Assembly: GCA_963664825.1 (NCBI GenBank)
Contig: OY761614.1
Span: forward strand, 160,001-224,000
Reading direction: 5' to 3'
Length of the DNA stretch: 64,000 nucleotides
Origin: an uncultured Holophaga sp.
GTDB lineage: Bacteria > Acidobacteriota > Holophagae > Holophagales > Holophagaceae
This document shows, piece by piece, positions 51,553 through 61,671 of this stretch. The number at the start of each line of letters is the position of its first letter. Positions within the stretch are counted from its first letter, which is position 1. The notes under the pieces are model-generated. The model was not told the DNA's origin. It saw nothing but the letters and a program-made list of their open reading frames with translations, and did not search any database. The position numbers and the translations under genes are program-made.

Positions 51553-52641
51553 TCAGTGATGGATGTGGAAGGCCGGGCTCGGCGGGGGCGTGATCACCCT
51601 GGCCTGGACCTGGGGGTTTGAATTGAGACTGGGCGCGAGGTAGACGACGCCCTTGTAGAAGCCCGCCGCCAGGAGCGCGCTGACGGGAATGGTGAGGATC
51701 CAGGCCACGAAGATATTCCCGGCCAGGCCCCACCGCACCGCACTGGCGTTCATGCTGGTGCCCACGCCCATGATGGCGCCGGTGATGGAATGGGTGGTGG
51801 ACACCGGGATGCCGAAGTGCGCCGTGGTGAATAGCACGATGGCCGCTGCGGTCTCCGCGGCGAAACCGTGGATGGGTTTGAGCTTGGCGATCTTATGGCC
51901 CAGGGTCTTGATGATCTTCATGCCCCCCCCCGCCGTGCCCGCGCCCATCATCAGGGCGCAGCCGATCTTCACCCAGAGGGGCACGACCACATTGGCTCCC
52001 GCAAGCGGGGTCATGTACCCGTAGGTCATGAGTCCCAGACAGATGATGCCCATGGCCTTCTGGGCGTCATTGGTGCCATGGGTGAAGGCCATGGCCGCCG
52101 CCGAGAGGAGCTGAAGTTTGCGGAAGGCGAAATTCACCTTGTGCCCGGGCTGCCGACGCACGATCCACAGGATGATGATGATGAGCACGCCAGCCACGAG
52201 GAATCCCAGCACGGGTGATATCACGATGAAGGCGCTGATCTCCCCGAGCTTGGCCCACTTGAGGACCTTGAAACCCGCATGGACACCCACGGCGCCGGCC
52301 AGGCCCCCCAGGAGGCTATGGGTGGTGCTGGAGGGGATGCCGAACCACCAGGTCAGGAGCCCCCAGAAGATGGTGGCCAGGAGCGCCGCGATGATCACGG
52401 CCGGGACTACATATTGACCATCGGCGATCCCCTTGGCGATGGTAGTGGCCACGGAGGTCCCCATCAGGGCGCCCACGAAATTCAGGCAGGCCGCCATGAT
52501 GATGGCGTAGCGCACAGGCATCACGCCGGTGGAGACCACCGTGGCGATGGCATTGGCCGTGTCGTGAAAGCCGTTGATGTAATCGATGCACCAGGAAAGC
52601 AGGATGATGCAGATCAAGGCCAGCGGAATGTAATGCAGCAT
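51553..52641 (-). CDS. pit: Inorganic phosphate transporter (PiT family)
   Basis: NGFHDTANAIAT, GIPSSTTH, HGTNDAQK, GIPVSTTH. Confidence 0.95.
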   Translation of the reverse strand: MLHYIPLALICIILLSWCIDYINGFHDTANAIATVVSTGVMPVRYAIIMAACLNFVGALMGTSVATTIAKGIADGQYVVPAVIIAALLATIFWGLLTWWFGIPSSTTHSLLGGLAGAVGVHAGFKVLKWAKLGEISAFIVISPVLGFLVAGVLIIIILWIVRRQPGHKVNFAFRKLQLLSAAAMAFTHGTNDAQKAMGIICLGLMTYGYMTPLAGANVVVPLWVKIGCALMMGAGTAGGGMKIIKTLGHKIAKLKPIHGFAAETAAAIVLFTTAHFGIPVSTTHSITGAIMGVGTSMNASAVRWGLAGNIFVAWILTIPVSALLAAGFYKGVVYLAPSLNSNPQVQARVITPPPSPAFHIHH

Positions 52642-52653
52642 GGGTCCGGATCC

Positions 52654-53301
52654 TCAGGCGTTCTTCATGACCGTGGAGCCCACGACCTTGGCGGCGTGAT
52701 CCAGGCGATCCACGGCGGCCTCCAGCGTATCGAGCAGTTCCTTCCACTTGATCACCTCGATGGCGTCCTTGATCTCCGTGAAGAGATCGGCCAGGGCCGA
52801 ATGGTAGACGGAATCGGCGCGGTTCTCGAGATCGTTGACGGCCCGGATATGCCGACGGATCTCTTCGGAATCCGACATGTCCCGGAGGGAATGGACCAAG
52901 TAGAGGAGCTCTTCGCAGCCCATCACATTGAGGGAGGCGATCTCCTTGAAGGCGGGCCGGATCTTCTTGACGGAATAGAGGATCAGGCGATCGGCAATGG
53001 CGTCCAGATCGTCCAGGACATCATCGAGGGCATGGGCCAAGTGGAGGATGTCCTCCCGCTCCAGAGGCGTCACGAAGGTCTTGTCCAGGCGCTCGATGAT
53101 CTCGTGGGTGAGCTCATCCCCCTTGTGTTCCAGGCCCTTCATCTTCCGCCGGAAGTCGCTCCACTCGCCGTTATGCTCTAGGCCCACCTCCCGATCGAAA
53201 TAGCAGGCGGCTTCCAGGACATTGGCCGCGGAGGCTTCCAGCAGATCGAAGAAGACCATTTCGCGGGGCTTGAGCCATCGGATGAGGGAATTCAAGGACA
53301 T
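52654..53301 (-). CDS. DUF47 PhoU-like Pit accessory protein
   Basis: EHKGD..TH, TFVTPLEREDI, LENRAD; directly upstream of pit. Confidence 0.92.
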   Translation of the reverse strand: MSLNSLIRWLKPREMVFFDLLEASAANVLEAACYFDREVGLEHNGEWSDFRRKMKGLEHKGDELTHEIIERLDKTFVTPLEREDILHLAHALDDVLDDLDAIADRLILYSVKKIRPAFKEIASLNVMGCEELLYLVHSLRDMSDSEEIRRHIRAVNDLENRADSVYHSALADLFTEIKDAIEVIKWKELLDTLEAAVDRLDHAAKVVGSTVMKNA

Positions 53302-53327
53302 GCGGCCTCCAGGGAGTAGGGAATTGC

Positions 53328-53366
53328 TGTGTCAATTATGGGACAGGCCTGTGCCAATCCCGTGAC
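53328..53366 (-). promoter_or_regulatory. Pho-box-like 11-bp direct repeats upstream of DUF47-pit
   Basis: + strand tgtgtc, tgggac, tgtgcc, cgtgac at 53328, 53339, 53350, 53361. Confidence 0.6.
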
Positions 53367-53396
53367 GAAGCTTCGAATCGTGGCCTTTATCACGGG

Positions 53397-54323
53397 TCAG
53401 CGCACCAATTCCGAGGCTTTCACGAAGCGGATCTGCCCCCGACTGCGAGGCACCAGCCGCTCCAGAGCCTCCACGGTCTCGGGGTAGATATGGCCGATGA
53501 TGAGCACCTGGCCTTCCTTCCGGGCCAAGGCGATGGCGCGTTCCCACTGCTTGGCCATTTCCTCGAAGGCCTTGTTGTCGTCGAGGAAGACCCTGCGCTG
53601 GATCGCGGGAACGTGCAGGGATTCGGCCACGTCATAGGCCACGGAATCCTTCTCCGTGCGGCTATCGACGAAAAAGCACCCGGCCTGTCGGATCTCCTGG
53701 AGCACCCAGGTCATGCGCTGCTTGTCGGGGGTGATGCGGCTCCCCATGTGGTTGTTCACGCCCTTCCGCCAGGGCACCGCAAAAAGGGCCTTCCTCACCC
53801 GAGCCCGGGTTTCCGGCTCAGAGAGTTCAGCCATCACGGCCCCAGGCCCCGGATCCTTGCCAGCCCCCGGGTAGCCCAGGGGCTCCATGGGCAGGTGCAG
53901 CATGACCTCCTTGCCGGCCTCATGGACGATGCGGGCGCTGGCCTGGGTGTATTCCTGATAGGGAAGCACTGCGGCGGAAAAGGCGATGGGCTGGGCGCAG
54001 AGGCGCCGCACCAGTTCGGGGGACGCATAGCCCAGATCATCGATGACGATGGCCATGCGGGGCAGCTCGACCTTGGCCTCGGCCTCAGCCTTCCGGGGCC
54101 CATCGGCCCCTTGCGCAGGCAGGGCGGGTTCCTGGGGATGGGGCCTCGTCTTTCGAGTCGGGGGCGCCTGTTCCTGCTGATCGATGGGCTTGGCCTTGCG
54201 CCTGCCGCAACCCTGGTTACTCAGGAAGAGCCCCAGCCCCAGGCCCACAAGCAGCATGGTCAGGCCCCAAAAGGCCAGCACTGGAGTCGAGGAGCGGCTC
54301 CCCTTGCGTTTGCGGGCGACCAT
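53397..54323 (-). CDS. Divergent polysaccharide deacetylase family protein (YibQ-like)
   Basis: IVIDDLG, LHLPMEP, GVNNHMGS, FVDSRT, VFLD, IGH. Confidence 0.92.
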   Translation of the reverse strand: MVARKRKGSRSSTPVLAFWGLTMLLVGLGLGLFLSNQGCGRRKAKPIDQQEQAPPTRKTRPHPQEPALPAQGADGPRKAEAEAKVELPRMAIVIDDLGYASPELVRRLCAQPIAFSAAVLPYQEYTQASARIVHEAGKEVMLHLPMEPLGYPGAGKDPGPGAVMAELSEPETRARVRKALFAVPWRKGVNNHMGSRITPDKQRMTWVLQEIRQAGCFFVDSRTEKDSVAYDVAESLHVPAIQRRVFLDDNKAFEEMAKQWERAIALARKEGQVLIIGHIYPETVEALERLVPRSRGQIRFVKASELVR

Positions 54324-54326
54324 GGT

Positions 54327-55574
54327 TCAGGCGGCTTCCTGTCCTTGGGCTTGCAAGCCCCGCCCCAGGAAGATGGGCTTTGCCCGCCCCGCCTTGAGCA
54401 GGGCCTTGGATTCGGGCTTGGCTTCGAGTTTCTTGTCCAACTGCTCGAGAATCTTGGGCAGGGGATCCTCCTCGGGGGCGCCCCGGTCGAGCCGGAGGCT
54501 GCGTAGGAGGAATTCCGGCAGGAAGCCCTGGCGGTCCAGCTTCTCGCCGCCCGCGCCCAGCCAGCGTTTGTTGACGATCTCGACAGCGCCCCCCTGGCGA
54601 AGCAGGAAGCGGGTGCGCTCGGCGCCCATCCCGGAGGTGCGATCCCCGAAGCTGGGCAAGGACTGTTTCTTCAGGGCCGCAGCCAAAGCCTCGGCCGGGC
54701 CGACGGTGCCGAAACCCGTGAGCACGGCCACCTTCGCGAAGGCGGGCCCCTTCTCACCAGTGGATTCCATGGAACGATCGGCCTTGCCGGCCTCCTGAAG
54801 GGTGACGTAGGGCACCTTCCCCAGGAAGACGCCGGCCAGCTGGGCCGATTCACCCAGATCGCCCCCTGCGCAGCGGCGGAGATCCAGGATCAGCGGGAGT
54901 TTCCCGTCGAGAGATCCCAGGAGGGTCCGGAGTTCGGCGGCACGGCCCGCGCCCAGATCCGTCAGGGCCAGCACCGTGGCCCGGGCATCCTTCCGGACGG
55001 CGATGGCGGCCCGAACCTTATTTTTCTCCCGCTTGAGGGTGATCTGCTTGGCCGCACCCACGGAGCTGTCATACCAGAGGAGGCTCAGTTCGCTGCCCTC
55101 GGCTCCCCGGAGACGGCGCTCCAGGGCCCAGGCACTCAGGGTGCCGATGCTCTGGCCGTCCAACTTCCGGATGATGTCCCCCACCTGCACGCCGGCCTTC
55201 GCCGCCGGGCCATTGGAAGCCACAGAGATCACCTGGGCATAGATCTGGCTTTTCCGGAGGGTGAGGCCGGCATCGGCTTGTCCTGGATCCGGGAGTCGGA
55301 GTTCCTCCGGCGTGATGTAGGCATTGAGGGGATGAGCCCGTTCCAGGGTGCCCTGGATGCCCCCGGAGATGACCTTCTCCAGATCCGGGGCATCCACATA
55401 GTTGTCCCGCACCAGGGCCAACACATCCTGGATATCGGAAAGACCGGCCAGGGGGTCGGTGATCGCGGCCTTGGCCTCGACTCTCGGGGGATCGGTGGGA
55501 TGCACCAGCACCGGGTAGGTGAAGGTGGCGACCAGGGGAAGGGTGAGGAGGGAGAGCCAGGTGCGCTGGTGCAT
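54327..55574 (-). CDS. S41/CtpA-like PDZ protease homolog, catalytic dyad apparently substituted
   Basis: VRDNYVD, PDZ (GPAAKAGVQVGD), LILDLR..GG, TVGPAE, TSGMG. Confidence 0.8.
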   Translation of the reverse strand: MHQRTWLSLLTLPLVATFTYPVLVHPTDPPRVEAKAAITDPLAGLSDIQDVLALVRDNYVDAPDLEKVISGGIQGTLERAHPLNAYITPEELRLPDPGQADAGLTLRKSQIYAQVISVASNGPAAKAGVQVGDIIRKLDGQSIGTLSAWALERRLRGAEGSELSLLWYDSSVGAAKQITLKREKNKVRAAIAVRKDARATVLALTDLGAGRAAELRTLLGSLDGKLPLILDLRRCAGGDLGESAQLAGVFLGKVPYVTLQEAGKADRSMESTGEKGPAFAKVAVLTGFGTVGPAEALAAALKKQSLPSFGDRTSGMGAERTRFLLRQGGAVEIVNKRWLGAGGEKLDRQGFLPEFLLRSLRLDRGAPEEDPLPKILEQLDKKLEAKPESKALLKAGRAKPIFLGRGLQAQGQEAA

Positions 55575-55649
55575 GGGCCCAGTGTACGCCAAGGTGCCAT
55601 CCAGGAATAACCCGGGCTTTTCGGGCTGGCCTTCAGGACGGCCAATCTT

Positions 55650-56735
55650 CTAGTGGATCCTGCGGGAGAGATCCCTCAGGCAGAGTTCCACCGTCCGGTT
55701 GGGTTCGGCCCTGGAGATGGTTTGGCGCGGGATGGGGCTGCCCATCAGGCGGGCCACCTCGCTCTCCAAGCGCTCAGAGAAGGCCCTCCCCTGCTCCACC
55801 ACCACGGCCTGGCCATCGGCCTCCATGGCCCGAGCGTTCAGCTTCTGATGATCGCCCGCGCTCTCCGGGAGGGGCACCAGGATGGCGGGACGGCCGCAGG
55901 TCTTGAGTTCGGCGCAGGTGCTGGCACCAGCCCGGGAGATGACTAGGCTGGCCCCTTCCAGGGCCTCGTCCATCGCCTCAATGAAGGGGACCATCCGGTG
56001 GCGGGGATGAGTCTGGGTGGCACCCAGCGCCTCGAAGTCCCGGGCCCCCACCTGATGCAGAATCTCCCAATCCGGAAAGAGTTCCAGAAGGCCGGGAGCC
56101 ATCGATAGGATCCCCTCGTTGAGGGCCCTGGCCCCGCCGCTGCCCCCCAGCACCAGGAGCCGATGGGGGGACCTCAGGGCTTCCGGCGCCTCAAAATTCC
56201 GCAGGAAGGCTTCCCGCACCGGCGTACCCACCACCGCGCAGAGGGCGTTGGGAAGGCGGGCCTCCACGGCTCGCATGCCGCACCACACCCGGTCGGCCCC
56301 CAGGGCCAGCAGGCGGATGAGCCTCCCGGGCTCGGCGTTGGATTCATGCAGGAAGTAAGGAATGTGCAGGGACCGGGCCGCGAAGAGGGCCGGAGCCGCA
56401 GCATAGCCACCAGTTGCGACGACCGCCCGGGGCCTGTGCGCCTTCCAGCGGGCCTTCAGGCTCCTCCAGGCCCGCCATAGTTTCCACAAGCTCAGGAGCA
56501 CCCTCCAGGGGGATCTCCCCACGAAGCCCTCCACATCCAGCAGGAGATGGGGCCACCCACTGCCCGGCAGCTTCCGGGCCTCGATGCCCCTCTGGGCCCC
56601 CACGAAGGCGATGGGCACCTGGGGCCACCGGGCCCGGGCCCCCTCGGCCAGGGCCACCGCCGGGAAGAAGTGGCCGCCTGTGCCTCCCCCTGTGAAAACG
56701 AGGGCGTTCGAGAATTCAGGATCGCTAGAAACCAT
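55650..56735 (-). CDS. murG: Lipid II GlcNAc transferase MurG
   Basis: TGGGTGGHFFP, GGY, HESN, GGSGGA, SRAGAST, HQ..NA. Confidence 0.93.
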   Translation of the reverse strand: MVSSDPEFSNALVFTGGGTGGHFFPAVALAEGARARWPQVPIAFVGAQRGIEARKLPGSGWPHLLLDVEGFVGRSPWRVLLSLWKLWRAWRSLKARWKAHRPRAVVATGGYAAAPALFAARSLHIPYFLHESNAEPGRLIRLLALGADRVWCGMRAVEARLPNALCAVVGTPVREAFLRNFEAPEALRSPHRLLVLGGSGGARALNEGILSMAPGLLELFPDWEILHQVGARDFEALGATQTHPRHRMVPFIEAMDEALEGASLVISRAGASTCAELKTCGRPAILVPLPESAGDHQKLNARAMEADGQAVVVEQGRAFSERLESEVARLMGSPIPRQTISRAEPNRTVELCLRDLSRRIH

Positions 56736-56849
56736 GTCTCCAGGCTACCCCTGGACCCCCCCCGGGGGAATCCAGGCTTCGAGTGTGCCAATCCCTGCGA
56801 TAGAATTGAGGGCTATGCCGTCACCGGGACGGCCCTGAATGGAGTGATC

Positions 56850-57599
56850 ATGAAGATTCTCGTCGCCCTCAAGCAGGTGCCTGACACCGAAACCAAGATC
56901 AAGGTGGGCGCCGATGGCCGCAGCCTGGACCCCGCGGATGTGAAGTGGATCACCAGCCCCTATGATGAATACGCCCTGGAAGAGGGCCTTCGCCTGAAGG
57001 AATCCAAGGGCGCCGAGATCACGGCGGTCTCCGTGGGCCCCGAGAAGGCCAAGGACATGCTGCGCAACGCCCTGGCCCTTGGGGCCGATGCGGCGGTACT
57101 GATCAAGTCCACGGAGACCGGCGATCCGCTGGCCATCGCCCAGCTCCTGGCGGCCTACGCGGAGGGCAAGGGCTTCGATCTGCTCCTCTTCGGCAACAAG
57201 GGCTTCGGCGCCGATAACGGGGCCGTGGGCGCCATGGTCGCCGAGCTGCTGGGCCTCTCCCAGGCCTACCTGGTCACCAAGCTCGAGCTGAGCGAGGCCA
57301 CCTTCCGCGCCGAGCGCGAGGGCGATGGCGGCACGGAGGTGATCGAGGGCAGCCTGCCGGCCGTCATCACCGCCCAGCGCGGCCTCAACGAGCCCCGCTA
57401 CGCCAGCCTCAAGGGCATCATGGCCGCCAAGAAGAAGACCATCGAGGAAGTGGAGGGCGCTCCCGTCCAGGCCACCCTCACCGTCAGCGCCCTGGCCCTG
57501 CCGCCCACCCGTCCCGAGGGCCGGAAGCTGGAGGGCGATGCCGCGGCCCAGGCCTCGGCTCTGCTGGGGCTCCTGCGGGACGAAGCGAAGATCCTGTAG
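56850..57599 (+). CDS. etfB: Electron transfer flavoprotein beta subunit
   Basis: KQVPDT, PYDEYALEE, NEPRYASLKGIMAAKKK. Confidence 0.95.
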   Translation: MKILVALKQVPDTETKIKVGADGRSLDPADVKWITSPYDEYALEEGLRLKESKGAEITAVSVGPEKAKDMLRNALALGADAAVLIKSTETGDPLAIAQLLAAYAEGKGFDLLLFGNKGFGADNGAVGAMVAELLGLSQAYLVTKLELSEATFRAEREGDGGTEVIEGSLPAVITAQRGLNEPRYASLKGIMAAKKKTIEEVEGAPVQATLTVSALALPPTRPEGRKLEGDAAAQASALLGLLRDEAKIL

Positions 57600-57648
57600 G
57601 CTCCGAGACACACCTAAACGACGTTGACATTCCATCGAGGGGAAAAAG

Positions 57649-58605
57649 ATGATTCTGGTTTTCTGTGAATTGAAGGACGGCAAGATCCGCAAGGCCAGCC
57701 TGGAGGCCCTCTCCGAGGCGCGGCGGCTGGCCGGAGCAGCCCAGGTGGGCGCCATCTTCGCGGGCGTTGCCTGCCAGGGCGCCGAGGATGCGGCCAAGTA
57801 TGGCGCCGACGTGATTCTCAAGGCCGAGGCCCCTGCCCTGGGCGCCTACTCCAGCGATCTCTTCGCCACGGTCGTGGCCGAAGCCGTGAAGGCCAAGGGC
57901 GCCCGCGTCCTGCTGGGCGCCGCCACCCCCATGGGCAAGGACATGCTGCCCCGGGTCGCCGCCAAGCTCGGCGCGGGCTACGCCGCCGAAGTGACGGGCC
58001 TCTCCATGAAGGGCGATAAGCTCCAGGCCCTGCGCCCGGTCTATGCCGCCAAGGCCTTCGCCACCGTGGATTTCCAGAGCGCCATCCAGGTGGCCAGCAC
58101 CCGCCCCAATGTCTTCACCGCTGCGGAGTGCCCCAAGGCCGGCAACCTGGAAGCCCTGCCCGCCCCCGCCGCGGACTTCAAGGCCGTCGTCAAAGAGATC
58201 CTGGCCAAGGGCGGCGGCAAGCTGGACCTGACAGAAGCCGATATCATCGTCTCCGGCGGCCGGGGCATGAAGGAGGGCGCCAACTTCAAGCTGCTGGAAG
58301 AGCTGGCCGACGCCCTCGGCGGCGTGGTGGGCGCCAGCCGTGCCGCCGTGGACGCGGGCTGGGATATCCCCCACAGCATGCAGGTGGGCCAGACCGGCAA
58401 GGTGGTCAGCCCCACCCTCTACATCGCCTGCGGCATCAGCGGCGCCATCCAGCACCTGGCCGGCATGAGCGGATCCAAGTTCATCGTGGCCATCAACAAG
58501 GATCCCGAGGCCCCCATCTTCAAGCTGGCGAGCTACGGGATCGTGGGCGATCTCTTCGAGGTCGTGCCCGAATTGACGAAGGCCACCAAGGCGATGAAGG
58601 GATAG
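57649..58605 (+). CDS. etfA: Electron transfer flavoprotein alpha subunit
   Basis: [32 protein letters not shown]. Confidence 0.96.
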   Translation: MILVFCELKDGKIRKASLEALSEARRLAGAAQVGAIFAGVACQGAEDAAKYGADVILKAEAPALGAYSSDLFATVVAEAVKAKGARVLLGAATPMGKDMLPRVAAKLGAGYAAEVTGLSMKGDKLQALRPVYAAKAFATVDFQSAIQVASTRPNVFTAAECPKAGNLEALPAPAADFKAVVKEILAKGGGKLDLTEADIIVSGGRGMKEGANFKLLEELADALGGVVGASRAAVDAGWDIPHSMQVGQTGKVVSPTLYIACGISGAIQHLAGMSGSKFIVAINKDPEAPIFKLASYGIVGDLFEVVPELTKATKAMKG

Positions 58606-58730
58606 CCAAACCGCCTCGCGGGGACTCGGCCCCAGCTGGGTCCGATCCCCTCAAGGTGAAGTCTCGCGTACCCCGAAGGGATACCGAGAAGGCCCTCAAG
58701 GCCCAGTCACAACTCACGATCCCTTGTCCC

Positions 58731-58756
58731 GAACGCCCGGCATCCGCCGGGCGTTC
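58731..58756. terminator. Hairpin between convergent etfA and redoxin genes
   Basis: gaacgcccggc-atcc-gccgggcgttc. Confidence 0.65.
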
Positions 58757-58813
58757 TCGTTCAGGCTGCGCCTTCAGAATTGGCACACCCGAGCCCTGGC
58801 CTCGAGAGGCGTG

Positions 58814-60163
58814 CTACTTCACGGCGTCCTTATACGTCTTGAGCTCCGCGTCGAACTGGGCGAGGGATTCCGGGGGGGTACCGGCCTTCTTCAGGACCGC
58901 GATAAAGGTCTCCATGGAGGCGAGGGCCTTGGCGGGCTGGCCCAGCTTGAACCATCCGGAAGCCAAGGCCTTATGCAGAAGTGGAGAAGCCTGGGGGGAC
59001 TTGGCCTTCTCCTCCGCCAGGGCCATGGCCGATTCCAGCGGGGCCTTCTCAACACCATCTTCCTGCAGGAGGACCTGGGCCAAGCGCACCCCACCGACCT
59101 TGCCCTTCTCGGACTCAAAGAGCGCGTAGGCCTTGGGCGCCTCCGTGCGCAGGAGGGCCTTGAAGCGGTAGGGCGCCACCTGGGGCCCCAGGCGGGGTTC
59201 CAGGGCCACGGCCTTATCGATGAGGACCAGGGCCTGCTCGTACCAGCGCTTGGCCAACCCCTTCTCGCCCAGGATCAGCATGGCGGCATCCATGGAGGCA
59301 TCGGCACTGGGTTTGACGAGATCGGCGTCCAGCAGGGCCTGGGCCTTGGCCCCGTCCGTGGCCACCAGGGCCTGGAAGCGCGGGCGCTTGAGCTCGGATT
59401 TGAGATCGGGGTATTTGGCCTCGGCCGCATGGGCCAGGCCCAGCACCTTGGTCCAATCCTTGACCTTCACGGCCTCCTGGATGGCCGGGGCCACTTCCTT
59501 CCAGGCGGCTCGGCCGGCCGCTTCCTTGGCTTCCTCGGCCTTCGCCTCCGCGGCGGCCTTTTCCGAGGCGGCACGCGCGGCCTTCAGATCCCAGGTACCG
59601 GCGATGACCCCGTCCAGGGCCGTCTGGAACGCCTCCTCCATGGGGTGGCCGATGTAGGCGATGCGCCCCTGCTTATCGATGATGAAGGCGGCGGGAATGC
59701 CATTCTGGCCCGCGGCCTGCATCCAGGCCTTGGCCATGTGCGCGTCCTGGCCGTCCCGGCAGACGGCGTAGGCCATTTTGTCGCCCATCTCCTTGACGAA
59801 GGCGTCCACCTTGGCGTCCAGGGCTGCGGCGTCGGAACCCCGCTCCCACACGTCCACGCCGATGAAGGTGGCCTTGCCGGCCCGGGCCTTGGCCAGCTCC
59901 GTGAGATGGGGGATGGTCTCCCGGCAGGGACCGCACCAGGTGGCCCAGAATTCCACCACATAGGCCTGGCCCTTCTCCAGGGAAGCCACCGGGCCTCCCT
60001 TGACCCAGCGGGCGACCTTGAAGAGCGGCGCGGCGTCCCCCACGGCGAGCCGAGTCGCAGGCTGGACCGCCGCGGGCTTGGCCTTGGGGGCGACAGGCTT
60101 GGCCTGGGCCACGAGGCTCAGGGTGAGGAAGGAAAGGGCCAGGGACCCGAACATGCGATTCAT
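58814..60163 (-). CDS. TlpA-like redoxin with C-terminal helical (TPR-like) region
   Basis: Signal peptide, [10 protein letters not shown]...IPHL, GIP.AFIIDK.G, WDL. Confidence 0.85.
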   Translation of the reverse strand: MNRMFGSLALSFLTLSLVAQAKPVAPKAKPAAVQPATRLAVGDAAPLFKVARWVKGGPVASLEKGQAYVVEFWATWCGPCRETIPHLTELAKARAGKATFIGVDVWERGSDAAALDAKVDAFVKEMGDKMAYAVCRDGQDAHMAKAWMQAAGQNGIPAAFIIDKQGRIAYIGHPMEEAFQTALDGVIAGTWDLKAARAASEKAAAEAKAEEAKEAAGRAAWKEVAPAIQEAVKVKDWTKVLGLAHAAEAKYPDLKSELKRPRFQALVATDGAKAQALLDADLVKPSADASMDAAMLILGEKGLAKRWYEQALVLIDKAVALEPRLGPQVAPYRFKALLRTEAPKAYALFESEKGKVGGVRLAQVLLQEDGVEKAPLESAMALAEEKAKSPQASPLLHKALASGWFKLGQPAKALASMETFIAVLKKAGTPPESLAQFDAELKTYKDAVK

Positions 60164-60236
60164 GGGATGCCTCGTGGTGAGAAGCATCCATCATGCCGCC
60201 TTTATCGGAAATGCAAAGGCCCCTTTCGAGCCAGCC

Positions 60237-61010
60237 TCAGTTTTTCCCCTCCTGGGGCGCGCCGATGCGATCGAGCATCTTCAGAAATTCCATGGGCAGG
60301 GGGAAGACGATGGTGCTGTTCTTCTCGGTGGCGATCTCGGAGAGGGTCTGGAGGTAGCGCATCTGGATAGTCACGGGGTTCTGGCTGATCTTGTTGGCGG
60401 CCTCCAGCAGCTGCTGACTGGCCAGGAGCTCGCCCTCGGCGGCGATGATCTTGGCGCGCTTCTCGCGCTCGGCCTCGGCCTGCTTGCCCATGGCCCGCTG
60501 GATCTGCTCGGGCAGGTCCACGCTCTTGAGTTCGACGGCGGTGACTTCCACGCCCCAGGGCTCCGTAGCCGAATCGATGATGGCGCGCAGGCGCTGGCTC
60601 AGCTTCTCCCGGTCCGCCAGCAGCTCATCCAGGCTCACCTCGCCCAGGATCGAACGCAGGGTGGTCTGGGCGATCTGGCTGGTGGCGTAGTAGTAGTTCT
60701 CCACACCGATGATGGCCTGCTTCACATCCAGGACGCGGAAGTAGACGACGGCGGAGACCTTCAGGCTCACGTTATCGCGGGTGATGACATCCTGGCTGGG
60801 CACGTCCAGCACCACCGTGCGCAGGCTCACGACGACGCCCCGATCGATGGGTTTGAAGATAAAGATGAGGCCGGGGCCCTTGGCATGGGGCAGCACCTTG
60901 CCCAGGCGGAAGATCACGGCCCTTTCGTATTCGTTGACGATCTTGAGGCAGCTGATCAGCCAGATGAAGACGACGAAGGCGATGACGCCTGCGGGAAGGA
61001 AGGGTTCCAT
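60237..61010 (-). CDS. SPFH/stomatin-like (slipin) protein
   Basis: [37 protein letters not shown]. Confidence 0.93.
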   Translation of the reverse strand: MEPFLPAGVIAFVVFIWLISCLKIVNEYERAVIFRLGKVLPHAKGPGLIFIFKPIDRGVVVSLRTVVLDVPSQDVITRDNVSLKVSAVVYFRVLDVKQAIIGVENYYYATSQIAQTTLRSILGEVSLDELLADREKLSQRLRAIIDSATEPWGVEVTAVELKSVDLPEQIQRAMGKQAEAEREKRAKIIAAEGELLASQQLLEAANKISQNPVTIQMRYLQTLSEIATEKNSTIVFPLPMEFLKMLDRIGAPQEGKN

Positions 61011-61036
61011 GGCGGACTCCGGGTGTGGGGGACACC

Positions 61037-61660
61037 CTATCTTCGCACGAAAGGATTACCTTGGGCTTCTTCGCAGATGCTCGTCATGGGCCCGTGGCCA
61101 GGCAGGACCCGGGTGGCGTCGTCCAGGGTGTAGAGGCGCTCCCGGATGCTGGTCTCCAACTGTTCGAAGCTGCCCCCGAAGAGATCCGTGCGGCCCACAC
61201 CCCCCTGGAAGAGGGTGTCCCCGGAGAGCAGGAAGGCCCCCTTGGCCCAGCTGCCCAGGAAGCTGCATCCGCCCGGGGAATGGCCGGGTGTGTGGAGCAC
61301 CTTCAGGCCGTGATGGATATCGCCATCGGCCAGGGGCTGCATGGAAGGTATCGCCACCGGTTTCATGCCGAACATGCCGGTCTGCATGGGAAGGCTCTCA
61401 ATGAGGAACATGTCGGCCGGATGCAGATAGGCCGGGCATTGCCAGAGATCCTGCAACTCCCGGGTGGCGCCCACATGATCGAAATGGGCGTGGGTGTGCA
61501 GAAGGGCCTCCACCTTGAAGCCGAGATCCTCCACCCGTCGGCGGATGGTGTCGGCCTGGTCCCCGGGATCCACCACCACGCCCGTGCCCGCTTCCGGGTC
61601 CCACACCAGCACGCAATTGCAGGAGAGGGGGCCCACGGCAAAGGTCTCGAAATTCAGCAT
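61037..61660 (-). CDS. MBL-fold metallo-hydrolase (glyoxalase II-like)
   Basis: [24 protein letters not shown]. Confidence 0.92.
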   Translation of the reverse strand: MLNFETFAVGPLSCNCVLVWDPEAGTGVVVDPGDQADTIRRRVEDLGFKVEALLHTHAHFDHVGATRELQDLWQCPAYLHPADMFLIESLPMQTGMFGMKPVAIPSMQPLADGDIHHGLKVLHTPGHSPGGCSFLGSWAKGAFLLSGDTLFQGGVGRTDLFGGSFEQLETSIRERLYTLDDATRVLPGHGPMTSICEEAQGNPFVRR

Positions 61661-61671
61661 GGCCACCTCCT

